DNA of 64,000 bases from a virus (taxonomy: Duplodnaviria; Caudoviricetes), in the IMG/VR virus record IMGVR_UViG_3300032218_003260. One strand, given 5' to 3'. This document shows, one piece after another, positions 9,285 to 17,370 of this stretch (position 1 is the stretch's first letter; every line of letters starts with the position of its first letter). Below the pieces are notes generated by a model. That model was not told the origin of the DNA and made no database searches. It saw only the letters and a list, made by a program, of their open reading frames with translations. Position numbers and translations under genes: made by a program.

Positions 9285-9503
9285 TCACTGCTCCTTTAAA
9301 GCTACGAGCATGTCATCTTTAGCCGCGGTTTGAGTTTCAACTGCGCGTGTAGTGGTTTTATTCGTGCGCACGAACTGTCTTGCGTTCGGTGGAAAATCAG
9401 AATCCCACGTGACCGCTTTTTCTTCAGCTGCTTTTTCGTTGTCAGCCTCGATTACAAACGTTTCTGTTTGGGTGGTAGAAGTTTGAACGTGAAAATAGGG
9501 CAT
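9285..9503 (-). CDS. hypothetical protein
   Basis: 72-aa ORF; F-x-IEA-x-x-E-x-x-AEEKA pattern. Confidence 0.6.
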   Translation of the reverse strand: MPYFHVQTSTTQTETFVIEADNEKAAEEKAVTWDSDFPPNARQFVRTNKTTTRAVETQTAAKDDMLVALKEQ

Positions 9504-9532
9504 TTTTATTCCGTTTAGAGGTGGTTAAATGA

Positions 9533-9566
9533 GGAGGGCGCCGGGGCCGAAACCCCGACGCCCTCC
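9533..9566 (-). terminator. 14-bp GC-rich hairpin with UUCG loop, likely terminator/processing site
   Basis: GGAGGGCGUCGGGG-UUUCGG-CCCCGGCGCCCUCC on minus; G.U wobble on minus versus C.A mismatch on plus. Confidence 0.65.
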
Positions 9567-9600
9567 ATGGCGTCAAAAGTAGTTACCTAGATACGATAGT

Positions 9601-9933
9601 TCAGCGGCAGCCGCAGCTGCTGCAACCACCGCGACAGGCGCGGCCGGCCCGAACAACGCGCACCGGAGCGGCGACGACCGCCACCGGAACCTCGACGACG
9701 GCGCGGGTTACCGTGCGGGTCTTCTCGATCGTCCGGCCGAACAGACCGGCGCGGCACGAACCGCGGCACGAGCTTTCCGTGCGACAGGTACCGTTAGCAC
9801 ACGCGGGAGTGGCGTCAGCCACAACCACCGGCGCAGCGGGCTGCACCAGCACGCTCTTCGGTTCACCGGCATCGCCAGCAAACGCAACGGACGAAACAAA
9901 CGCAAGGACCACAGCTGCAAAACAAGACTTCAT
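9601..9933 (-). CDS. secreted Cys/Arg-rich small protein
   Basis: Signal peptide MKSCFAAVVLAFVSSVAFA; 8 Cys in the mature part; AAGGAG RBS. Confidence 0.75.
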   Translation of the reverse strand: MKSCFAAVVLAFVSSVAFAGDAGEPKSVLVQPAAPVVVADATPACANGTCRTESSCRGSCRAGLFGRTIEKTRTVTRAVVEVPVAVVAAPVRVVRAGRACRGGCSSCGCR

Positions 9934-10077
9934 GTCAATCTCCTTGAACTACCGAACAAATACTACCGCACGCGCGGCAATAACCTGCTCAGCAATACTC
10001 TTTGTATAGCGGAGCAGGATTTTGTTGCAACCCCAAAATCAAAAACAGATTCTGGGGAATCTTGTCAAAATGCGTAA

Positions 10078-10347
10078 TTATTCACGCACTACGTGAACGT
10101 TGTACCAGCGCATTTTATCGTTGAGCCACTTGGCCTCGGCGGCGAGTGCGTCTGCGCGCGACTCAAAGTTACGCAAAGACGGCCCGCCGACTGGCGATAA
10201 ATCAGCAACCCACTCTCCCGGAATTGTCGGGTCAGGCTCAACGTGACTGGCACGTTTGATATCAAGCTCTCCCAGCGCTTTTAGGTTGATCTCTTCGCCA
10301 TAGAGACATTGCGCTGAGCCGTTGGGGCGAATGTATAGCTGCATCAT
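10078..10347 (-). CDS. conserved small protein (RASHVEP...ADLSPVGGP family)
   Basis: Motif recalled from planctomycete genes beside DUF1257/DUF2997/AAA clusters. Confidence 0.7.
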   Translation of the reverse strand: MMQLYIRPNGSAQCLYGEEINLKALGELDIKRASHVEPDPTIPGEWVADLSPVGGPSLRNFESRADALAAEAKWLNDKMRWYNVHVVRE

Positions 10348-10348
10348 G

Positions 10349-11350
10349 CTACATCGACATCAGACGTCGAGAGGGTATTAGCTCGTTCATGTTAACCGCT
10401 CGCGGCAACTGCGCCACGGCTGCAGGCGTATACAGGTTTTGTCGTCGCCGCTCAGACCTTGACACGTTGTACACATTAAATTGCGTAATATTGTCAATGA
10501 TTGCTCCCGCAAACAACGCGTCGTCGTGCACGTCTTCGCGTGGGTAGGTTTGCGACTGGCCATCATACGTGGGGCGGAAAATGATATGACCGCCGGCTGC
10601 AACAGCATGGCCGCGAAACGCTAACAGGGCGTTGATTTGTTCGACGTTTGCAATGATGGCGTAGTCAACAACTTTTAAACGCGACCGTTCAAACGTCGGG
10701 TCGTTCTGCTCACGCGAGTAGATCGTGACTTGCATCAGTTTGCTGCCTACGACCTGCGCTTTCCCGGCAATAGTGACAAAGCCGCGAAGCACAGAACTGC
10801 TGATTTGCGCCTCGCCGCCGACGTATGCCTGACCTTCGAGTGACGTTTGAATTGCAATCGCTTTTCCCGAAATACCGCAGTTCCCGCGTAACGTGCAACT
10901 GATAACGCGGGCGCTGTCTCTGATAAACGCGTTTTCGTACGCAGTTGTCGAGCCAGAAACAATACCGCCGTATACGCGAGCTTCGTTTGAGAACTGACAG
11001 TCGTCCATTACTCGGGCCCGGCCGCTGACGCTCGCAAACTGGCTCAGTTTTACGTTTCCGCTGACGTGCGCGTACCCGCAGATCTGGGCCCGATTATGCA
11101 CGCGTACGTTGCCCTCGACACGGGCGTTGTGATACACCTGCGCCAGCTTGTAAACAAAAACCGAATCGGCCACTTTTGCGGTATCTGCTACCCAGCCCTC
11201 GCCGTTAACGTGTCGATGTGCAAACACGCGGCCGTTACCGTCTTTGAAATCATGCTTTGATGCCCGCTTCTTTTTTGGTTTGACCGCGGTCATCACCGCT
11301 GCCGCCGCATCTAGCACGGCGACAGCGCTGTCTTTTTGTTCCTCCATCAC
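10349..11350 (-). CDS. left-handed beta-helix (hexapeptide repeat) protein
   Basis: Repeats such as ARVEGN, AQICGY, AHVSGN, ASVSGR, ARVYGG; N-terminal HRHVNGEGWVADTA. Confidence 0.7.
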   Translation of the reverse strand: MMEEQKDSAVAVLDAAAAVMTAVKPKKKRASKHDFKDGNGRVFAHRHVNGEGWVADTAKVADSVFVYKLAQVYHNARVEGNVRVHNRAQICGYAHVSGNVKLSQFASVSGRARVMDDCQFSNEARVYGGIVSGSTTAYENAFIRDSARVISCTLRGNCGISGKAIAIQTSLEGQAYVGGEAQISSSVLRGFVTIAGKAQVVGSKLMQVTIYSREQNDPTFERSRLKVVDYAIIANVEQINALLAFRGHAVAAGGHIIFRPTYDGQSQTYPREDVHDDALFAGAIIDNITQFNVYNVSRSERRRQNLYTPAAVAQLPRAVNMNELIPSRRLMSM

Positions 11351-12294
11351 GACTCCATCGGAAGGACACGCCGTCTGGGCGCGTTTGTGATCAGACTGTC
11401 GAGCGCGGTTTTAACCTCGCCCATCTGCTGGGTCAGGTTCTGCCGCAAGTTGTTGTTCTTGCGCAGGTCCTTCACGTCGACACCTGAAACAATGTCAGTA
11501 GCGCGCTGGATTAAAGTATCAAGCTGCGCATTTGAGCGAATATTCATTTGCCGGAAGTTGTCATAGAACTCTTTGAAGTTTTCGATCGCAGAGTTTTGAA
11601 ATTTCTTTTTCGTACCGTCAGGCTCGTCGGTCAGCCGCTCGATCAGGTGCGCGATCATGTCCTGCAGCTGCTCGGCAAACGCGTTTTCAGCCATGACTAC
11701 CGCCGTCTCAAACCGGTGCTGGACGCGTTGCTGCTCCTGCTGGTACAGCTCGGGATTGAACGTCATGAGATAGTTCGGCGGATCAACCGGCGGGTACTCC
11801 CACCGAAGGTCAAACACGCCTTCCAGCGACGGCGGATAGTCGTTGGGGTTGTACAGCTCGCCCAGCTTTTCGCGGGCGGCAACCTTGAGAGTTTCGTACT
11901 CTAGCTGCAGGTTTGCGGCAGCCACTACCAGCTGTTCTTTGTATTCGCGCATCCTGTCTTCAAACGCGCCGATGTCGGCTTGTTTGATGAGGCGCACACC
12001 TTCCTGCGGATACGGTAGCGTCATAGAGCGCCAGTACGCCGACGCCTGACTCTTGAGCGTGGTTAGCACGCGATATGTTGTGTTCTTTGTATCGATAAGG
12101 CGCTTGGACGCTGTGACCAGATCGGTGGCGGCATGAAACGTATCAGCGGCTTGCTTGGTCTGCGCATCAGATAGCTTGCGCTGCGTCCCTAACCACGAGA
12201 ACGACAGCTTGACGGCGCCCATCGTCTGGCGCAAGTCGCTAGCTGTCTGCTCGACTGTCGTGTTTTCTTCGGTCGTTGTGTCGGTTGTGGACAT
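11347..12294 (-). CDS. DUF3150-like helical protein
   Basis: 315 aa, helical; TLPYPQEGVRLI, YPPSLEGVFDLRWEY, NSAIENFKEFYDNF. Confidence 0.55.
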   Translation of the reverse strand: MSTTDTTTEENTTVEQTASDLRQTMGAVKLSFSWLGTQRKLSDAQTKQAADTFHAATDLVTASKRLIDTKNTTYRVLTTLKSQASAYWRSMTLPYPQEGVRLIKQADIGAFEDRMREYKEQLVVAAANLQLEYETLKVAAREKLGELYNPNDYPPSLEGVFDLRWEYPPVDPPNYLMTFNPELYQQEQQRVQHRFETAVVMAENAFAEQLQDMIAHLIERLTDEPDGTKKKFQNSAIENFKEFYDNFRQMNIRSNAQLDTLIQRATDIVSGVDVKDLRKNNNLRQNLTQQMGEVKTALDSLITNAPRRRVLPMES

Positions 12295-12894
12295 TCAGTC
12301 TCCTTCTTCGTCTGTGTCAAGTTCTTCTTCAATTGTTTGCTCCACCCACTCGTCGATTGCAAACGCTTGTACAAGTCTCTTTGGTAATTTTTCTAGTTCG
12401 GCCAGATTGTCGGGTACGCTAAACTCTTGAATGTCACCATTGCGGTAAATGCCGCAAAAACCTACGCCCGGCTCAAAGCAATAGGCTGTGATATCAAAAC
12501 CTGCAACAACGCGCAGGTGGTCAAAGAACTGAATTGGCGGTGACCAAGCTGAATCGAAAACGAGTGTGATGTGTTTGGATTTTGACGGCACGCGCTTTGG
12601 CGTTTGATCTGTTTCGCGCCCTACGTCCCACTTTGTTCCCCAATGACCAACCTGCCACTCGTACCAGTTTTTTGCTCCGTACAGCTCAACGTTTTGGCGT
12701 TCTTGCGCTTCTAACGCCAATTGTGCGGCTGACCCATCTGAGCCAGCGCAACCAGCGACAGTCGCTTTCAATTCTTCTGGGCACGGCAGAAATGTGCTCA
12801 TGAGACAACCACTGTTCCATGCGCGCACCAACTTGTGCAACTGCTCCGGGTCGTTGTGTTTAAACGTAACTTTGTTGGCGCACCAGTTAGGCAT
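12295..12894 (-). CDS. DUF1281/YubB ferredoxin-like domain protein
   Basis: MPNWCAN...NWYEWQVGHWGTKWD...FDSAWSPP...FEPGVGFCG. Confidence 0.75.
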   Translation of the reverse strand: MPNWCANKVTFKHNDPEQLHKLVRAWNSGCLMSTFLPCPEELKATVAGCAGSDGSAAQLALEAQERQNVELYGAKNWYEWQVGHWGTKWDVGRETDQTPKRVPSKSKHITLVFDSAWSPPIQFFDHLRVVAGFDITAYCFEPGVGFCGIYRNGDIQEFSVPDNLAELEKLPKRLVQAFAIDEWVEQTIEEELDTDEEGD

Positions 12895-12910
12895 TGCGTT
12901 GGCTTGCAAT

Positions 12911-12946
12911 CCGCAGCTGCGGGGCAGTGATGCCCCGCAGCCGCAG
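12911..12946 (-). terminator. ~16-bp intergenic hairpin after the AAA ATPase gene
   Basis: CUGCGGCUGCGGGGCA-UCAC-UGCCCCGCAGCUGCGG with G.U pairs only on minus; no U-tract. Confidence 0.6.
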
Positions 12947-12958
12947 TATTGCTAGCAC

Positions 12959-14443
12959 TTAGCCCTTGGCGGGCGCCGCGACACGGCGCGGTCGCTGCGT
13001 TGTAACAGCCGGCTTACCAACACGCGTGTAAATACCGCGGTTGTCAGCCGACAGGCAGCGACCTTCAGCCCAGCCGCGCAGCCGCTCAATCTGCTCAGCC
13101 GACGTCACGGAGATCGGTACCACGTTCTGCGCCGCTTCAACAAGCGGGATATCAAGCAGCGCCGCGAGACGGCAGCACGACTTGATCTCGGCGCCCGTCC
13201 AGTTGGCGTCGTCCGGCTTTTCCTGCGACTCATCTACGCCGAAATGCTTCAGGTAGATATCCCAGATCGCCGCGCGCTGGTCAGCGCCGGGCAGATCCAC
13301 GAAGAAGATACCGTCGAAGCGCTCGGCGCGGGCAAACGGCGCCGGCAGCTGGCTGGCGTCGTTGCAGGTACCGATGAAGAACACATCGGACGTGTGGTCG
13401 TTGAGCCACGTCAGCAGCGTGCCGAACAGGCGAGCTGAGACACCGGAATCGGTCTGACCAGAGCTTCCGACGCCGGCAAGACCCTTCTCGATCTCGTCGA
13501 CGAACAGAACGCACGGGGCCATGGCGTCGACCTGCTTGAGCGCACGCCGCATGTTACCCTCGGACTCGCCCACGAACTTACCCATGAGCGAACCGAAATC
13601 CAGCATTACGGTCGGACGACCGACCTCGTTGCCAAGTGCTTTGGCAAACTGCGACTTGCCGCAGCCCGGAGGCGACAGCAGTAGCACGCCCTTGGGGCGT
13701 TTTTCTACGTTGGTTTCGCCCTGACGCCGCATGGCGCGCAGGCAGAAACTCTTTAGGTTTTCGAGACCACCAAGGTTCTCGAAGTTTGCGTCACCGCGAT
13801 ACAGCGTCATCGTCCCGCTCTTTTCGAGCGTCTGGGCTTTGATACCCCAGATCGTATCAGGCGACAGCTTATTATTGCGCACCAGCGACAGCGCGAAGGC
13901 GTTCTCGGCCTCCTGCCGCGTCAGGCCACGTGAGGCGTCGACGACAGCAGCTACGTCCTGCTCGGCCGGCTTGGCGAACGGAGAGCCGTCCGGGAACAGC
14001 TCGTTGCAGACCGTGGTCAGCTGCGGGAGATCCGGCAGCTCGTGATGCACTACCGTGAACAGCTTCTCAACCTCGGGTTGCAGCTGCAGCACCGGCGCCA
14101 CGATAATGATATGTTTACCTTCGCCCTTACCCTGCACCACACGGTTAGCCAGAGCCTGCAGCACCTCGGGGTTACCAAGGAAGCGATGAAAATTCTTCAG
14201 AACGAGCAGCATCGGCTGCTTGGGCTGCGGCTGGTCGAGAAACCGCAACGCCTGAAGCGGGCCGGGAGCCGGAGCGGCACCCGAATACAGCTGGCGGTCG
14301 ATGTCCCACACATCAAAACCCCAGTCCTTTTCTTCAGTTACGCGGCGAATCGACGCAATCGCGTCATCGCACTCCTGTGATTCAATCCAGATGCCGGAGA
14401 AGCCGGCGCAAACCAGCTCCTTAATTTCTTTTTCGAGCGACAC
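12959..14443 (-). CDS. Ycf46/SpoVK-like AAA+ ATPase
   Basis: Walker A SPPGCGKS, Walker B VLFVDEIEK, SRH TCND..LPAPFARAERFD; N-terminal degenerate AAA-like domain; GTG start. Confidence 0.9.
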   Translation of the reverse strand: MSLEKEIKELVCAGFSGIWIESQECDDAIASIRRVTEEKDWGFDVWDIDRQLYSGAAPAPGPLQALRFLDQPQPKQPMLLVLKNFHRFLGNPEVLQALANRVVQGKGEGKHIIIVAPVLQLQPEVEKLFTVVHHELPDLPQLTTVCNELFPDGSPFAKPAEQDVAAVVDASRGLTRQEAENAFALSLVRNNKLSPDTIWGIKAQTLEKSGTMTLYRGDANFENLGGLENLKSFCLRAMRRQGETNVEKRPKGVLLLSPPGCGKSQFAKALGNEVGRPTVMLDFGSLMGKFVGESEGNMRRALKQVDAMAPCVLFVDEIEKGLAGVGSSGQTDSGVSARLFGTLLTWLNDHTSDVFFIGTCNDASQLPAPFARAERFDGIFFVDLPGADQRAAIWDIYLKHFGVDESQEKPDDANWTGAEIKSCCRLAALLDIPLVEAAQNVVPISVTSAEQIERLRGWAEGRCLSADNRGIYTRVGKPAVTTQRPRRVAAPAKG

Positions 14444-14482
14444 GTGTGACCTTTGTTTTTGTTTTGTAAGAACTTGCTATTG

Positions 14483-14674
14483 TCAGTTGCTTTCCGTAAT
14501 CTGCTCGTCATTACTGGCAATGTAAAAATCGCCGGTAAGCTGCTCGTCCACCTTTGCGCCCAACGCCTGTTCCAGCGCTCGCGTCGCGTCCTGACAAGAG
14601 CTGCCGGTAAAACCGAAAGTTTCGATCTTGGTGCCGCCCTTCGGGTCGACAACGATATGAATGGTCTTCGACAT
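14483..14674 (-). CDS. DUF2997 family protein
   Basis: IHIVVDPKGGTKIETFGFTGSSCQDATRALEQALG. Confidence 0.8.
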   Translation of the reverse strand: MSKTIHIVVDPKGGTKIETFGFTGSSCQDATRALEQALGAKVDEQLTGDFYIASNDEQITESN

Positions 14675-14676
14675 GT

Positions 14677-15042
14677 TTAGAAACCTCCCGTCAGGCTGAG
14701 TTTGACCGAACCGTCCGGCAGCATCTCCTCGAACACCGAGTAGCCGCCCTTCTGAGCTTCGTAGATCGCCTTTTCGACCGCGTACGCCTGCAGGAACCTG
14801 TCCAACTCTTCCTGCCTACCCCACGCGCCGTTGTAGTTATCGTACGCCGCGGCGCCGGTTTCCGTATTGAACACGGCCGGGTACTGCCAGCCCGGGAGCT
14901 TCACAGCCAGTCCATCGGCACTCTGGCCGGCGAACAGCACATGATGCCCGGCCTTTGGGGCCTCAAACCCGAGACGCTTGCAGGCCGCTTCAACCGCGGC
15001 AGCGTCTTTTACTTCCGTCTTGATCTGAACAATGTGAGACAT
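14677..15042 (-). CDS. DUF1257 (Ycf35-like) family protein
   Basis: MSHIVQIKTEVKDAAAVEAACKRLG...QAYAVEKAIYEAQKGGYSV.E...DGSVKLSL. Confidence 0.8.
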   Translation of the reverse strand: MSHIVQIKTEVKDAAAVEAACKRLGFEAPKAGHHVLFAGQSADGLAVKLPGWQYPAVFNTETGAAAYDNYNGAWGRQEELDRFLQAYAVEKAIYEAQKGGYSVFEEMLPDGSVKLSLTGGF

Positions 15043-15066
15043 GCTTAGCCTCTTCTGTCCTTTGCT

Positions 15067-15366
15067 TTAAGGTAGTTCTTGAAGTGCACACACAACTGTG
15101 TTTTCAAATTGTTCCGGCGAGATGTAATCATTGCCGGCAAAATATTCCAATACAGCAACCGCAATTTTGCGATTGTAAACGTATTTAAACTGTAGCGGAC
15201 CGCGCGGCGTATCTAAGCGATATTCCGTGATATCGTGTAACGACACGACTTCTGGAATTGCGATAACGTCGCTGTATTTTTTTCGTAACTCATTAAGCTC
15301 GTCGAGCGCCGTCAGAATGCGTTCGCGATCTTCGTCAAAACAATCTTCATTGTCGTAGGGCGTCAT
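15067..15366 (-). CDS. hypothetical protein
   Basis: 99-aa ORF, lower-GC codon style than its neighbours. Confidence 0.65.
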   Translation of the reverse strand: MTPYDNEDCFDEDRERILTALDELNELRKKYSDVIAIPEVVSLHDITEYRLDTPRGPLQFKYVYNRKIAVAVLEYFAGNDYISPEQFENTVVCALQELP

Positions 15367-15671
15367 CGGTACGCGATGATCTCTGCTTTAGTCTCTATCC
15401 AAACATGCGCGCCGCACGAGAGTGGCGCGTCTGGGGAGTACACAACCTGCGATTCGCCGCGGACGTCGACGTGTTTTGCCGCGTACGTTTTGTTGCGCCA
15501 CTTGATCGTCAGTGGCGGCACGCGCAGGTTTTGTTTTTTGTTATCGCGGATAATGTGCTGGTTAACGTGTATACGTTTAATCGTCCCAGCGGGCATTGTC
15601 ATTTCATCGGCGTCCCCCGGGAAACGCAGCGGAATACGGGGCTCCAACAGGCAGACGTCTTCTGTCGCCAT
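15363..15671 (-). CDS. conserved phage hypothetical protein
   Basis: IHVNQHIIR...VVYSPDAPLSCGAHVWIET. Confidence 0.75.
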   Translation of the reverse strand: MATEDVCLLEPRIPLRFPGDADEMTMPAGTIKRIHVNQHIIRDNKKQNLRVPPLTIKWRNKTYAAKHVDVRGESQVVYSPDAPLSCGAHVWIETKAEIIAYR

Positions 15672-15682
15672 AGGTAAAGATA

Positions 15683-15733
15683 TTTATCGCGCGTCGGCAT
15701 GGTCGTCCGTGACCATCGCCGGGCGCGGATAAA
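15683..15733 (-). promoter_or_regulatory. ~20-bp imperfect hairpin with a CsrA/RsmA-type loop (UCACGGACGA)
   Basis: Loop region 15703-15712 matches (A/U)CANGGANG(U/A); hairpin base lies 11 nt upstream of ATG 15671. Confidence 0.5.
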
Positions 15734-15739
15734 AATAGC

Positions 15740-16591
15740 TTACGACGCAACTACCGAGCGCAACTTCTTGTGCTCAGCCAGAATGTTGCCGGCCATGTCG
15801 TAGCAACCGTCGCAAGCAGCCAGAAACGCCGTCGCAGCCTTGAGCTGATCCATCGGCAGCGTCGTCGAACCAGACGGCCCGCGCGCGACCGGCCGCTTCG
15901 GGGCGGCGCTCTTCGCCGGCTCTTCCTTCCGCTTGTGGCGCGCCGCGTCGCGGGTCCGCTCTTCGCCCGCAGCTACGGCCTCGCCGCGCTTTGCGGGAGC
16001 TACGCCTGCTTTCTTCAACAGCTGGCTCACTTGAGCCGGGCTGACTTCAACACGCTTCTTGGCGAGCGCCGCCACGATGTCAACACCGCGGAGCGAGTCA
16101 CCAGACTCCTGCCGACGCTCGATCTCCTCGCGGATGTGATCGGCGCCGCTTTTCTTCTCGGCCATATCTTTCACCTTCCCTTTTCTGGTCTTGGTCGCAT
16201 TGGGCGCCTCGACCGGGTCATCGTCTTCGTCGGCTTCCACAGTGGAGTCGACAGCTTCGTCCGAAACCTCGTCGCCGTCTTCCGGCTCATACTCGGTTTC
16301 GTCGTCTTCGTCGTCGGTCAGCTTCGCGGCCGTCGAGCGGACGTCTTCGCTGCCTTCGTCTTCGTAATCGGCTTCAGCGTATGCCGCTTCGTCGTCGACT
16401 GTGTCTTCTTCAAGCTCGGCGTCGACATTTGCGTCAACGTCTTCGTCGTCGTAATCTTCTGGTGTCGCGAACCGCATCCCTGTGGTTCCTTTCTCCTTCT
16501 TGTCTTTCTCTGCGGGTGCCTTGCTGGTTGCGCCCGGAAGTGGCTTTCCCCACAGATTTGCCGGACTCACAAACTCGTCAGCCTTGGCCAT
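15740..16591 (-). CDS. acidic disordered N-terminus fused to a basic, putative nucleoid-associated domain
   Basis: AGGAGAGG RBS; D/E-rich region, then SGADHIREEI...IVAALAKKRVEVSPAQVSQLLKK and LPMDQLKAATAFLAAC. Confidence 0.7.
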   Translation of the reverse strand: MAKADEFVSPANLWGKPLPGATSKAPAEKDKKEKGTTGMRFATPEDYDDEDVDANVDAELEEDTVDDEAAYAEADYEDEGSEDVRSTAAKLTDDEDDETEYEPEDGDEVSDEAVDSTVEADEDDDPVEAPNATKTRKGKVKDMAEKKSGADHIREEIERRQESGDSLRGVDIVAALAKKRVEVSPAQVSQLLKKAGVAPAKRGEAVAAGEERTRDAARHKRKEEPAKSAAPKRPVARGPSGSTTLPMDQLKAATAFLAACDGCYDMAGNILAEHKKLRSVVAS

Positions 16592-16699
16592 AGTGTCCTC
16601 TCCTAAAGCGCCGCCGGCCGAAACATTTCGGCCTCGTTGTGCGGCTAAATGAAAAATACACCACCGGAAACAAAAATCAACTATTGCAGAAAACAACCG

Positions 16700-17062
16700 T
16701 TATTTGCTGCTTCTGTAGTTGTCCGGCACGTTGCCATCTTTAGTGCGAAGTGCGCCGGCATTTAGCTCGGGCCACTTCTCTAGCGAGTGGATGGCGCCGA
16801 TGACATTCCATGCAGCGTGACCAAGATGGTCTTCACTGCGGTCGCCGTTCAAGAAATTGTAGATGTGCGCAATCGCGTGGTTTAGCAGGTCAGAGACGGG
16901 CATGCCGTTTTCCCAGTTGTACGGGCCAAACTTTTCAGCCCCTTCGTGGTAAGTCTGCGCTAGCGCGCGTAGACCAATCGGCGAAATTAGATCGTAGCGC
17001 ACGGCGTCGCAATCGGCGCTGCGTACGGCGCCAGTGTCGTACTCGTGGCGTTCGTTGCTCAT
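16700..17062 (-). CDS. dATP/dGTP diphosphohydrolase (DUF5664-like)
   Basis: RYDLISPIGLRALAQTYHEGAEKFGPYNWENG...HAIAH...EDHLGHAAWN. Confidence 0.85.
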   Translation of the reverse strand: MSNERHEYDTGAVRSADCDAVRYDLISPIGLRALAQTYHEGAEKFGPYNWENGMPVSDLLNHAIAHIYNFLNGDRSEDHLGHAAWNVIGAIHSLEKWPELNAGALRTKDGNVPDNYRSSK

Positions 17063-17370
17063 CAGAGATAACCTTCTTGTCGGAAAGCAAAGTAGAGCCG
17101 CGGTTCGTCGTTGAACGCGACTGTGCCGCGAACGCCGTCAGATTTTCGAATCACGTGCACGTAAGGCGGCTCAAAGTGCGACACCTCAAATGTGTCTAGC
17201 AATTGCTCGCTGTTCCAGACCTGCTCGCCATACTGCTCTTGCAGCACGGTACGAATCTCATCTGATCCGCGGCGGTCAAGCTGCTCTTTGATAACATTAC
17301 GCAACATCACGTGCCCGATATCGAGCGGTATCTGCGTTGCGAGTTCTTTAGCTTTGTGTGGTGTCGGCAT
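17062..17370 (-). CDS. conserved hypothetical protein (VIRKSDG..G...F...PRLYF family)
   Basis: YGEQVWNSEQLLDTFEVSHFEPPYVHVIRKSDGVRGTVAF; family recalled from planctomycete mobile regions. Confidence 0.65.
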   Translation of the reverse strand: MPTPHKAKELATQIPLDIGHVMLRNVIKEQLDRRGSDEIRTVLQEQYGEQVWNSEQLLDTFEVSHFEPPYVHVIRKSDGVRGTVAFNDEPRLYFAFRQEGYL

